A DNA stretch of 64,000 nucleotides from Octopus sinensis. Taxonomy: Eukaryota. Shown piece after piece: positions 26,750-40,029 of this stretch. The notes under the pieces were generated by a model that was given only the letters and a program-made list of their open reading frames with translations, searched no databases and was not told the DNA's origin. Numbering within the stretch: the first letter of the stretch is position 1; each line of letters starts with the position of its first letter. The stretch is taken from assembly GCF_006345805.1 (NCBI RefSeq), contig NC_042997.1:35588001-35652000 (forward strand). Reading direction: 5' to 3'. The translations under genes were made by a program, and so were the position numbers.

Positions 26750-29048
26750 GTTTGTGTGAATGTGTGCATGATTATTTAGTTTTGTGATTTTTTTGACAAA
26801 AGACAGGAGAATATATCTAAAATATATAATGCTTTTCCTTATATATATAAATATGTACATTTGTGGTTATTTATTTCACCAAGTATGTTTAAGAATGTTG
26901 CTTTCTCTCTCTCTCACTCTCACCCTCACTCTCTCTCACTCTCCGCTTGTGTATATGTGCGCCTGTATTTCTATATACTTCAGTAGAATTAATGATAAAT
27001 TTTTGATAAAGCCTTGATCGACATTATCGTTCAATTGCTGTGTATTGCTTCATAATAATTTTTTTAAATAAAAATTATTAGTCGTGCCACATGGGTAATG
27101 AATCGGCTGCATCTGCCAGGAAGATAAATGACATTGTAACGTTCGGAAATCAACCCATTCCGTTTTCCCTTCAGAATCTTAAGTATCATAGATAGTATAA
27201 AACAAATAATTCAAATCAACACCCCCTTGTTCAAAAGCTAATGAATATTAAACGGCTCCTTGTTTTTCATTTCATATAATTGTGGGAAATCTGAAATATA
27301 TTTTGGTAGATATTATTCTATATTTTGTTGCATTTAGAAGAGGATACATTTAGCGTTATAAGGTTTGAAATGTAAAGTAAAAAATTCCATGTTAACACCT
27401 TTCTCTGCAAAAGCAAAATAGCAATATAATTGCCATGTAGCAATACCAAAACAGTATAGTTACGTTGCGTTGATGCACGTGGCGACATTGACTAGAAACA
27501 AAACTGGCAATGTCTATCAGTAAATACTTCCTACGTTAGGTAAATTTACACCCGAAATTCTTAACAAATTCATTTACATCTAACTCAGAAATCAGCTAAA
27601 GTTTCAGTAGCACTGATTCTGCTTTCAGTTTTTCAGATTAATATTTAGCAGTATTACAATTTACAATCCCAGCATATATGTGAAGTATGCTAATGTACTA
27701 AGCATCTAGTTTCGCTTCACTGATTCAGTGAAGCCAAACCGAGTTTGAGGGTAAATGCCGCATTTAACCTTTCTGTCATACAGGAATATCTATGTGGTGG
27801 TTCGACCTACTAGAAATAAGAGAGAATGATTCTTTAATACATATCTTACCTCATAATCAACATGATGAGTCGCACAGTTGTAAATTTCTACGGAACATTT
27901 TGATTAAAGTTGGAAACGGAATTAATTTGTTTGAATGAAATACTTATAACGGGATAGGCAAGAAGGTGGAGGCATTATGTCAGAGTCACAGAAAGAGAAA
28001 CAATACAAATAGGAACCCAATGATGAGATAGATACATATCTGATCGTTTGTGAAATGAGAGGCAATTACCATTTAATTAAAGCAATATAGATATCTGAAT
28101 AAATAGTTGCATCTTAAAACCCTAGCTATCAATACGTAACACGCACAATCTAAGTACTAAAAAGAAAATCAGTAACTAACCACAACACAGTATCACCTAC
28201 ATGATAACATACAAGCTTTCATTATCTTCTAAGCAAGCAGATGTAATGTTTATATTAGGCCTTTGGTGATTGCAACAACAAAAACTTTTACGTTAACATA
28301 TTCATGTCAACATCAACAAATATCTAGAATAGTGTATCAAGAACAAACGTTAATCACAATTCTCATCCTTATAAGAAAAATATATAACCAGAAGAGTGTA
28401 TATGCGTCAAAGTCAAATCGCAATGTTGAAAAAGATACATATCAACGTCCGCAAAACGAAACGTTGCTCATGTCAGAATGTGAAGTTAGACTCCACAATG
28501 AACCAACAACCATAGTTCGAGAGAAAAATAAAATGTATTTACACAATTAGTATCGTAACGCGAAAAGACAACGAGAAAATTTATATTGATAGGAAATATA
28601 TTTGTAATGAAAGATGAACAAATATTGATAAACTAGAAAAAAAAAAGCTGAAGTAACCAGATTCTTAGTTAAAATATATAACAATAAATAATGAGGAAAC
28701 TACTTTAAAAAATGCCAATCTTTTGTGTCGTTCAGAGTGAAAAACAGCCTTAGTCAACACTACATTAATTACCTACAAATAATGAAATGCGATTGTTTTA
28801 GAGAATTCAATAACATTTTCGGAAGCGTTACAAGTGGTATATGTTCTCATTGTCAATGTAATTCTAGAGTGCATATCAACTCAGATGATACATGAGCTGC
28901 AATATGTGTCACGACAACCATTTATTATTTATTTAATAAATATACACAATGAATATAACGTTCAACTAAAATACAAAGGCACGCATATCTATATATGATT
29001 ACCACAAAGTGTAATCAAATATATTGTCATATTCACAGACACACACAT

Positions 29049-29201
<153 letters not shown>

Positions 29202-29303
29202 ATATATATATATATTATATATATATATATATATATCTGTCTATATATCTATCTATCTATCTGCTTGTCTGTTTCTCTGTCTCTGACTTTCTGTCTATAC
29301 ACG

Positions 29304-29380
<77 letters not shown>

Positions 29381-29844
29381 TATATATATATATACATTTA
29401 CATATACATATATATGTATGTATGTATACATGTATGAATATGTGTATGTGTGTATGTGTGTATGTATAAATAGATATTGGATCTCACAGCCCCGATAAAA
29501 TTACACCATCGGATACAATACATCTGCTTCTACTACATGAGTTCAAATCTCGGTTTGCCGTTAAGAAATGCGCAACTGATGAAATAAAATACAAATTTTG
29601 CCCAACCATGCAGACAAGCACCGTGTTAGTATTGTATATTGGAGCAAAAACCTCAAATCCACCGAGAGGTTCTGTTCAGAGTTGATATTTACACACTTGG
29701 TGTATACATTTATTACATACAAATTATCAATCAGTATTGCGCAAATTTATTTTCAACACACAGGCACATATACCCGCATATATGCATGTACACCAATGCA
29801 TATAAATTAGGATATATTGGTATATATATATATATATATATATA

Positions 29845-29921
<77 letters not shown>

Positions 29922-30279
29922 TATGTATGTATGAGTGTGTGTGTGTTTGTGTATTCGTGTGTTATAGGAACACACATACACATACATGTATATATGCATA
30001 TATGTCTTTGTGTGTAGAGTATCAATGTATTTCTGTGATATACTACTTGTGCAGGTGCAATGTTAGGTGGTGGTTATATAAATTTATGTACAAATATCAA
30101 ACAAAATATATATGTGTAAATACACATACATGCGCGGGCGTGCCTATATATTATTATATATCTATATCAATCTATCTATCTATCTATCTATCTATCTATA
30201 TATATATATATATGTGTATATATATATAAATGCATGAATATACTTATGTTTGTATATCACGAATACATACTTGTGCATA

Positions 30280-30337
<58 letters not shown>

Positions 30338-30716
30338 CACGAATGCATGCATTTGTGTGTATACACGTGTATATGTGTGTTTGACTATATGTGTGTGGTG
30401 AGCAATGAATCGTTATTAAAACGAACCAAAGTCGTGGCGTAAGAAAAAAATGATGTGATTATCGGGTGTCATCAGGTCACAAAAAATATAAATATAAACG
30501 ACAAAGTATAGTTTCATATCATTATAGATTATACGATTCCCGAATAGATTGCTTGCAATCTTGGCAGAATAAAAAAAGGTAATGGAGCAAGAAAAGAAGT
30601 CTATTATCGATACAACGTTCATGTAATATAACACTTGCTGACATCAAATATAATGATCTGAAATACACATCGATTTACACATATAGAAACTTACATAAAT
30701 ACTGGGTGTATGCACG

Positions 30717-30717
<1 letters not shown>

Positions 30718-30815
<98 letters not shown>

Positions 30816-30830
30816 ATATGTATGTATCTA
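30718..30830 (+). repeat. (TCTA)n tetranucleotide microsatellite
   Basis: Direct reading. An opposite-orientation (TAGA)n tract lies at ~31234-31305. Confidence 0.95.
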
Positions 30831-30964
30831 TCTTTCTATATTTCCATCTATCTATACCTACATACATACATACAAACTCACACACACACATATTTATATA
30901 TACACACATTTATGTACTATATATATTACATATATTTATGTAATATATACTTTATATATTATGA

Positions 30965-30998
<34 letters not shown>

Positions 30999-31010
30999 TA
31001 TATATATATA

Positions 31011-31059
<49 letters not shown>

Positions 31060-31096
31060 ATATATATGTGTGTGTATTCGATTATCGATCGATTCG

Positions 31097-31129
<33 letters not shown>

Positions 31130-31235
31130 CATCTATCTAATTCTCTATTTATTATCAGTTTTCTGCTGTGTGTAAACTAATAATATATATTGTTATATAT
31201 GTTTGTCCGCGCATGCGCAAGCGAGTATGTTGCTG

Positions 31236-31276
<41 letters not shown>

Positions 31277-31705
31277 GGATGGATAGTATAGATAGATAGA
31301 TAGATTTAAGTTATCCCTACTCTACATATTCATGCAATAACATATATTCAAGTATGACTCCCTATCTATTCAGAAATATTTTCGACTCAAAAGAAATATC
31401 TACATATACACACACTCTTACATAGGTATATTTTCACTAACATGTATACATCTTCACTTCGCAGTCAAATGTCCACGTAAATGTACGCTCAGGCCAGTAC
31501 GTTCAGACACACACAACACACTTACACAGACACACGCACTCTCACACACATAGACACAAGCACAAATTAAATATCACTAAATAGATATAAGGAATATAGA
31601 AATGTATCTCTCTGCCTCTGTATGTATCTATATTTACATGCATACATACATGTATACACACACACACACAGAAACACACATACACACACAAACACACACA
31701 CACAG

Positions 31706-31777
<72 letters not shown>

Positions 31778-32173
31778 GTGTGTGTTGTTATCTATTTGTA
31801 TATACATACATATATTTGTGAGTAGGTATGTCTTGTCTATACATGTAGTGACACAGAAAAACAGACTGGCGGACAATGAGACGTGTTTACTGTTGAATAG
31901 ACAGTTAGATATATAGGCAGATACATAGATAGAGAGTTAAATGCGAATGAAGTCAAATAGATAGCTATACGATATTAGTTCTTCTGTATATAGCAATCAT
32001 AGTTCAATTAAGATGCTGATGTCATGTTAATAAAAAATATATGAAAAATTATAGTCATCTCAGATTAAAGAAAATAATATATATGTGTACGTATAAATCG
32101 CACTAATTCGCACATACACGCAGATTTTACAACGTTCACACTTATGTATGCACCTATGTGTACGAATATATGA

Positions 32174-32220
<47 letters not shown>

Positions 32221-33357
32221 TGTGTGTGTATGTATATATGCATGTATATATATATATATATATATATACACACCACATATATGAATGTATACATGATGTA
32301 CACTTGCACATGTTCTATGCTTTTGACTGCTGATTTCAATGTATGCCTGAAACTATATATGCGTGCACCATGTTGCTCTATGTGCCAAGGATTTGCTTTT
32401 ATTTTTATTTTTGTTTGTTATCGTATGTAAATGGAGTGGCAAATTGAAAACCGTATTTCTGTAAACAAGAAAGGTTGAGAACATAGAATCCTCGTGGTGC
32501 TGGAACGCATCAAAGCCAATTCCTTTTGAAGCAAACTGCGATTCGTCAATGTCCTTAAAAACTACCATATATTCTCCTGTTTTCAATAGTTTCTTTCTCT
32601 TGGGATAATCACAAGATAGATGATACTCACCTAATGCAACTAGAGATATGAAAGTGAGATGGTTCATTGATACTGATATCTGATTCTATAGGCAATCTAA
32701 GTAATATTGATTGAAGGCGGGATAAGAGAATTCTGAGAGTTGATGGAACAGATGACTAGTCAATTTATTTCGCATTTATCCTTAGCCACGATTTCAAATT
32801 TCAGTAATTTTTGAATCGTATTTCATAAATCTCGGGCAGATGCAAACAATACCAGTTGTTCAGTTGCATTTGCCGTCAATGAAAATTATGATCCCTACAA
32901 AAATAATGGCATTGTGTAGTATACGCTGGTATAAGCTTTCTGAGAGTAACTGATGCGCATGATTGCCGGATAGTGGAGTTCATGCCTTTTTTCTTCCGAT
33001 GGAAGTTTACCGGTGAATTTCACCACTACCCGATTACATTGATATTTAAGTATTTCATACTAAAAATAAGATAGCGAAACACTTGAAATTGCTATTAAGA
33101 TAATTCATATGGAACATAAATATTACAGTATGGACTGCTATTTTTCTTTCGTGAATATAAAACAAAAATGAAAACTCTCTTATCTACTACCAGGTTAAAT
33201 TATAATTTGAATTAGAATTTGAGCTTTCTGACCAAATGTTTACATTAGATGATAAATGAAGTTAAAGCTCATATAGAACAAAGCCATGACATTCCTGATG
33301 GAATACTCCAGTTTACCTCATTATTCTCAATAACCTATTTACTGTCATAAGAAAACC

Positions 33358-33751
33358 AAGGCGTCAAGCTAGCAGAAACGTTACCACGCCGGCGAAATGC
33401 TTGGCGGTATTTCGTCCACCGTTACGTTCTGAGTTCAAATCCCGCCAAGGTCAACTTTCGGGGTCTATTAAATAAGTACCAGTTACGCACTGGGGTTTAT
33501 ATAATCGACTTAATCCGTTTGTCTGTTCTTGTTTGTCCTCTCTGTGTTTAGCCCCTTGTGGGTAGTAAAGAAATAAGTATTTCGTCTCTTTTCTCTCTTT
33601 ACTTTCTGAGTTCAAATTCCACCGAGGTCGACTTTGCCTTTCATCCTTTTGGGGTCGATAAATTAGTTATCAGTTGCGTCGTACTGGCGTCGATCTAATC
33701 GACTGGTCCCCCTCCCCCAAAATTTCGGGCCTTGCACCTAGAGTAGAAAAG
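33358..33751 (+). mobile_element. Full-length dimeric tRNA-derived SINE, family B, with 11-bp TSD
   Basis: Head AGCTAGCAGAAACGTTACCACGCCGGCGAAATGC. Two internal copies of TATTTCGTC..TTCTGAGTTCAAAT.CC..C.AGGTC.ACTTT. Perfect TSD ATAAGAAAACC at 33347-33357 and 33752-33762. Confidence 0.92.
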
Positions 33752-33827
33752 ATAAGAAAACCGAAATATATGTCGGTGAGGTAGGCTACAATATATTTCA
33801 GAGTAATATTAAAGTTTATCTTTCTCC

Positions 33828-34230
33828 GGCTGTGTGGTAAGTAGCTTGCTTACCAACCACATGGTTCCTGGTTCCTTTCCACTGCGTGGTAGCTTAGGTA
33901 ATTGTCTTCTACTATAGCCACGGGCCGACCAAAGCCTTGTGAGTGGATTTGGTAGACGGAAACTGAAAGAAGCCCGTCGTTTATATGTATGTATATATAT
34001 ATATGTATGTTTTTATATGTTTGTGTGTCTTTCTTTGTCCCACCAACATCGCTAGACAACGGATGGTGATGTGTTTACGTCCCCGTAACTTAGCGGTTCG
34101 GCAAAAAATATCGATAGAATAAGTACTAAATGTCCAAAGAATAAGTCCTGGGGTCGATTTGTTCGGCCAAAGGCGGTGTTCCAGCATGGCCGCAGTCAAA
34201 TGAGTGAAACAAGTAAAAGAGTAAAGAGTA
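33828..34230 (+). mobile_element. Near full-length tRNA-derived SINE, family A
   Basis: GGCTGTGTGGTAAGTAGCTTGCTTACCAACCACATGGTTCC head, internal (TA)/(TG) linker, tail GGCGGTGTTCCAGCATGGCCGCAGTCAAATGAGTGAAACAAGTAAAAGAG. Collinear with 52189-52630. Confidence 0.92.
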
Positions 34231-34618
34231 TCATAAATCTTCCATAAGTGGATTTGGTAATGAAATCTGAGCGCCTGTTCAGCATTTGCTTAATAATTTT
34301 ATTGCAAAGCTCTAGTATCCTAATAATTTCTGAATAATTGATGTTTACATGTGATAAATACTCATTGGCTTGCGACCTCGCTTAAATCAGAGGCGAGGAA
34401 TTTTACAATGTAGTGCAACCCTTACAAATTAATAGGAGCAAATATTTTCTGCGCATCAAGAACGGGAGAACCATGGACAAATAATTTCAGAGGAACCCTA
34501 TACCTGACATTCAATAATGTTAAGAGAGCAATGATTGATCAATATCAGGAATGGTAATTTCTTCAATATTTTGTGACACATTTAGTTCCTGATTATTTAA
34601 GGATATATAATGGCATAT

Positions 34619-34921
34619 CACGTGATCACGTGACCGGCCAGACCATCAGATGCTGTTACACATCGCTGGTCACAATGCGTTCGCATTGTTTTAGCCTTCG
34701 AATGACGTCACCCCGCTGGCTAAGCGAGCAGGCCAACGGAAGAAATAGTGGGAGAAAGAGTGGTGAAAGAGTACAGCAGGGATCACCACCCCCTGCCGGA
34801 GCCTCGTGGAGCTTTTAGGTGTTTTTGCTCAATAAACACACACAACGCCCGGTCTGGGAATCGAAACCTCGATCCTGCGACCGCGAGTCCGCTGCCCTAA
34901 CCACTAGGCCATTGCCTCCAC
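34619..34921 (-). mobile_element. tRNA-derived SINE, family D, with 14-bp TSD
   Basis: Minus strand TGGCCTAGTGGTTAGGGCAGCGGACTCGCGGTCGCAGGATCGAGGTTTCGATTCCCAG (A and B boxes). TSD ATATAAT(G/T)GCATAT at 34605-34618 and 34922-34935. Confidence 0.88.
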
Positions 34922-35627
34922 ATATAATTGCATATAATGCTTCGAAAACTGTCTGTGAATTCATTTACCTCTCCTTCACCCTAAATTTGTCAAGGCATTC
35001 TTTTCGCTAATCTAACTGCATTACTTAACATTCCTACTTTTGCTAGAGAACATAACTATTTCAGTAGCGTGAGAATAAAACTAACTAGGAAATAATTAAT
35101 ATTTTCCTCATTTCCATTCTCTCTAAATCAGAATTAATCGTCAGGACGCAGCATTACTTTTTCTCCCAGTGCATACTTTCTTTTTGTTTTACTTTTTTCT
35201 ACTTTGTCGAGCATTTTGGCTTTTAATTTCCTTGCAAATGTTATTATTACTTTTTTTTCGATAATTCGCTTTTCAGAAGAAACATTCATCAGGGATATAG
35301 AGAAAGAAAAAAGTTTTTCTTCTACTTTTCTTTATTTTTTCAAGGAAAATATACAAAAGCCTTAATTAAATGCTTCGAGGTTGTGTCACAACGCGCGAAA
35401 TACATTATCATCGAGTGAAATACCAATATTTCTTCTTTAGAATTTTAGTAGTAAAGAGTGGTGTTAGTATGACCTTTTGGGGAAATATCGGATGTTTTCA
35501 AAGATAAACAGCGGAAACAGAAGTGCACGCACACATGTACAAAGAAAGTACTACATGTATGCACACACATATATTATATAGTGATTATATATGTAAATGT
35601 GTGTACGTCTGAGTATTTGTATATATA

Positions 35628-36781
35628 CGAGGGACGTTCAATAAGTAATGCCTCTGACCCACTTGCAGTTGTTTGATCTAGGTGTTTGAACCGAGTCAAG
35701 TGTGAAATGGAGCCTGTTGAGTGTCGAGCAGTGATCCGGTTTTTGTATTTGAAAGGACGCACATCACGGGAGACTTTTGATGAAATGAAAGTAACTTATG
35801 GTGATGATGCCCCATCATATGACCTTGTAAAACGCTGGCATCGTGAATTCAAACATGGTCGGAACTCTGTGGAAACAGCTCCCAGATCTGGTCGCCCCCT
35901 TCTGCCATAGATGAGGCATCTGTCCATCAAGTTGTGGCTGCCATTTTGGAAGATCGACGCATAATTATTCGCCAAATAGCCCATGAGGTCAAGATTAGTA
36001 CCGGGTCTGTGGAAACTAACATTCATGACCATTTGCATATGCAAAAGGTGTCTGCCAGATGGATTCCCAGGTTGCTCACGCCTTTCCAGAAGCAAGAGCG
36101 CGTCGAGTGCTCGAGGGTGAATTTGGAGATGTGCCAACAAGATGAGTCAAAATTTTTCAAAAGACTGATTACACACGATGATCCAGAGACCAAAGCCCAG
36201 TCAATGCAGTGGAAGCACCGTGACTCACCCCCTCCAAAGAAGGTAAGGGTGCAGCCCTCCGCTGGCAAGGTCATGCTCACAGTCTTCTGGGACCAGGACG
36301 GAGTAGTGATGACAGATTTCCTGGCAAAGGGTACCACAATTGCAGGAGCCTATTATGCTTCACTTTTGAGGAAATTAAGGGAAGTTATCAAAATCAAGAG
36401 GCGGGGCAAGATCAGCAAAGGCATCCTCCTCCTGCAGGACAACGATCCGGTCCACAACTCGCGTGTCGCCAGATCATCCCCCCTACTTTCTTGACCCTGC
36501 ACCCTCTGATTTTCACCTCTTCCCAATCATGAAGTTGCTTTTGAAAGGAAAGCGAAAGCGTTTCCCAGATGATGCAGCCTTGATTTCTGAAGTCACGTTG
36601 AGGTTGGAGGACCAAGCTGGGTTCTTCTACAAAAACGGTCTCCAGAGCCGCATCAAACGATGGGAGAAATGCGTAACTCTGGGTGGTTCCTATGTAGAAA
36701 AAGACTAATAACTGTGCCAAGTTTCGTTGCTCTACTTCTATGGGAAGTGGGTCAGGGGCATTACTTATTGAACGCCCCTCG
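35628..36781 (+). mobile_element. mariner DNA transposon (irritans/Himar1-like), 1154 bp, internally deleted
   Basis: 39-bp TIRs at 35628-35666 and 36743-36781 (36/39 identical). TA on both flanks. Transposase pseudogene inside. Confidence 0.96.
35686..36708 (+). pseudogene. mariner D,D34D transposase pseudogene
   Basis: RAVIRFLYLKG...RSGRP, KVSARWIPRLLT, SAGKVMLTVFWD, LLLQDN, HPPY..D.APSDFHLF, RWEKCVTLGGSYVEK. Frameshifts near 35900 and 36475. The ETW..HY segment after the first catalytic Asp is missing. Confidence 0.93.
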
Positions 36782-36883
36782 TATATATATATAGAGAGAG
36801 TTCACTCAAAAAGGCGTGTAAAATACATACTGTAATTATTTCTAATTGATCGCAAAGGCAAATAAACACTATTGTGCAACTTT

Positions 36884-36963
36884 CAGCTTGGACAGTATGC
36901 AACTTGGACCCAGTGCAGTTTGGACCATGTGCAGCTTGGACCTTGTGCATCTAGGATCATTTG
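36884..36963 (+). repeat. Degenerate 16-bp minisatellite x5 (consensus CAGCTTGGACCATGTG)
   Basis: Units start at 36884, 36900, 36916, 36932 and 36948. Confidence 0.85.
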
Positions 36964-37319
36964 CAGCAGCTTCGAATATGTGATATAATATGTAGAGCAG
37001 AAAAACATTCGTACTCGGCCGATAATCTATTTATCAATAACAGTAGGATGGAATGGAAATTACGACTCAGACAACGTAGAGTCTTTAGAGATATCGAACT
37101 GCTGATATGTTACCTAACTTGACAGTCTTTCTCCTATATAGGTGTATGTTTGTGTGTGTAAGTGGAAAAATGAAAGAGTGTAGCACTCAACATATTCCAT
37201 GTGAGATACGTGTACTATTTAGCAGCTTTAGAATCAACTTTACAAGGCATAAAATTTCGTTGGGTTATAGCACAAAACCTGTCTTCTCCTCGGTATAACC
37301 TAACGAGAAAATTTCGAGC

Positions 37320-37457
37320 AGGCGTGGTTATATGTTAAGAAGTTTAGCTCCTAAACACACAGTTCAAGGCTCAGTCCCACTGTCCTCTATTATGTGGTGT
37401 TCGGGCCGTGTAGAGACTTATGAGTGGACATTTTAGACAGAAACTGAAAGAAGCCTT
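37320..37457 (+). mobile_element. SINE family A 5' half, diverged
   Basis: CTCAGTCCCACTG...TCGGGCCG...TGAGTGGA...ACAGAAACTGAAAGAAGCC followed by (TA)/(TG) tracts. Confidence 0.65.
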
Positions 37458-37548
37458 CTATATGTATGTATTTGTGTATGTATGTGTATATAGAGTTTTA
37501 TCTTGACTACCGAGTAAGATATATATTTATATATATATATATATATAA

Positions 37549-37648
<100 letters not shown>

Positions 37649-38039
37649 ATATATATGTGTGTGTGTGAATGTATATATGCATATTGGTTCTTAGCGTCTC
37701 AATTTTCAATGGTATCATCATTTTGTGCCACCATGTTATATGATGTTTCCTGGTCACTTTAACCTTGCTTGCAAGCAGGTATCTGCTTACGCAGAGCGGA
37801 AGCAGCTAGGGAGATAAATATATAGAAAAATAATCAATTTCAGGATTTCACTCATTCACTTTTTATCTTATCTTTGATATCTGTAGAATTTGAACTCAGA
37901 CCCAAACTACCAGTAACCGACAAAGCAGTGAGTTCCCATAATCGCTAGATAAATCAAATGAAACATTAAAAAGTGGCATTGAACTTAATACATTAAGTAA
38001 CACACATACACGCACGCACAATTACACATACACACGGCG

Positions 38040-38182
38040 GCCATCATTCAGTTTCTGCCTACCAAAATCTATTCACAAGGTTTTGGTTGGCCCATCGCTA
38101 TAATAGAAGACACTCGCCCATGCTGAACTAGGAATCATAGGGTTGGTAAGCAAGCTCCTTACCACACATCCACGCCTGTGCC
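38040..38182 (-). mobile_element. SINE family A 5' half, diverged
   Basis: Minus strand GTGTGGTAAGGAGCTTGCTTACCAACC...GTGTCTTCTATTATAGC..GGGCCAACCAAAACCTTGTGAATAGATTTTGGTAGGCAGAAACTGAA. Confidence 0.72.
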
Positions 38183-39927
38183 TTCATACACATATGCAAC
38201 GCACACACACACGCACATACACACACGTATGTATATATATATAGATACACGATAGAAAGTATTGTTGGTGATTACACGTGGTTGAATGTAAAATGAAAGA
38301 AATAGGATGAAATAACACAGACGATTTGTTTTACAAGACTAAACATTATATTACAATCATCATAGCAAAAGTATTGTAAAACAGAACAAGGTCTTTCAGC
38401 ATTACACAGGGAAACTTTGACGGAAACATAAGAATGGGAAAATTGGATCAACACATAATGCACGGAAATTTCGCAATTTATTCCCTATTTCTCAATGTCG
38501 AAAACATCCTACTAGTTTCGCGCTTTTAGCATCGATACTAGTGAGTCTTGGCAGCTCCAGAGAAGGCAGTAGCTGATAATAGCTAACGAATGTATATAAG
38601 GACAAAGACAAGGTCGAAAAATATAACAATCTTACGTACACAACGCAGAATAATACAATAATGAAACAAATACAACATATAAAGAACAATTATACATATA
38701 CAATCGTCTTGTCACCCGTGAAGAAAATAAGGCATTTGTCATAAGCCGGATGTTGGACTCAATATCTATAGTTGGTTGCATGACTTTGCAACGTATTCGA
38801 TAGTTTAGAAATAGTTGCCATAATACATAATTCAGTATACTCTGAATATATTAGAAAAAAATCAAATATGATGATAAAAGAAAAAGAAAATAAAGGCTGA
38901 TTTCATTTAAATGACATAACGTCTACGGTTATTTTTAGACACTGCTTTTGAGTATTTCTAATAAAGTTACTTTTCCTAACTCAAATTTTACGTATACATA
39001 ATCCCATTCTTATCACTCTTATTTATAATATTTCGTACGTATTATCTTTATATCGAAGAATTTCAACAATATATTACCCAACTACACTTTTAAGCATACA
39101 ATGCTATGAGATCATATTATTCAATTCGTCTCGTGCATCATGATTATGATTTATCATTCGGTTATATCCTACATATTCTTTTATTGAACATATTTCTATT
39201 ATTATAAATTGAATATTGAATATTGAAAATATGTCATATTTATACATTTATATATAGATACTTTTTAAAAGAATTATTATAAACGAATTGTTAGTATATC
39301 AGAAGATTCTTTGGCAAAATCATATATCAAAAGTGTTAAATGTAACAACTCAATTTTATATTTATGCTGTGTGAAGTCTTATGACGTGACTCACACTATG
39401 AATCCCAGAGGAAGTAAAGAATGAACCGAATAAATTGTTTTGCTATCTCGACAATGGTGTATGTAGAATGAATTCAGAATATAGAACATACAGGAACATA
39501 AATATAAACTTAACTATTCCTGTGTTGAATATTTTTATTGCCCCGTATTTAGCAATGATACTGTAAATAGTCGTTGGATATCTTGTAAAGGCACTTAGTT
39601 GCTTCAATGATCAAATGCATTGTATATTTAACTGCCCTTTCTAAGGCTTGTGATATGCCTTTGTAAGTCAAACGCTCATAAAATCCCGTTTTAGTGTAAG
39701 CAAATATAATGTTGTGTTAGATTGAGTAATATAAATTTTGTAACCTGTATATATTTATATATATATATATATTCAAAAAAATAAGCAACAATAATGACTC
39801 CTGTAACTTGTTGCTGCTTATTTTGATTATAATCACCCCACGGATTTTTATGGATAACACCATACAGAATTCTGGTGCATCTAAAATTAAGTACCACATT
39901 CATTTGAATCTAACCTTTTGCTGAACT

Positions 39928-40021
<94 letters not shown>

Positions 40022-40029
40022 CATTAATG

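Noticed and set aside
36884-36963. CRISPR-like array
   Set aside because: Contiguous degenerate units with no unique spacers, no cas genes, and a eukaryotic context.
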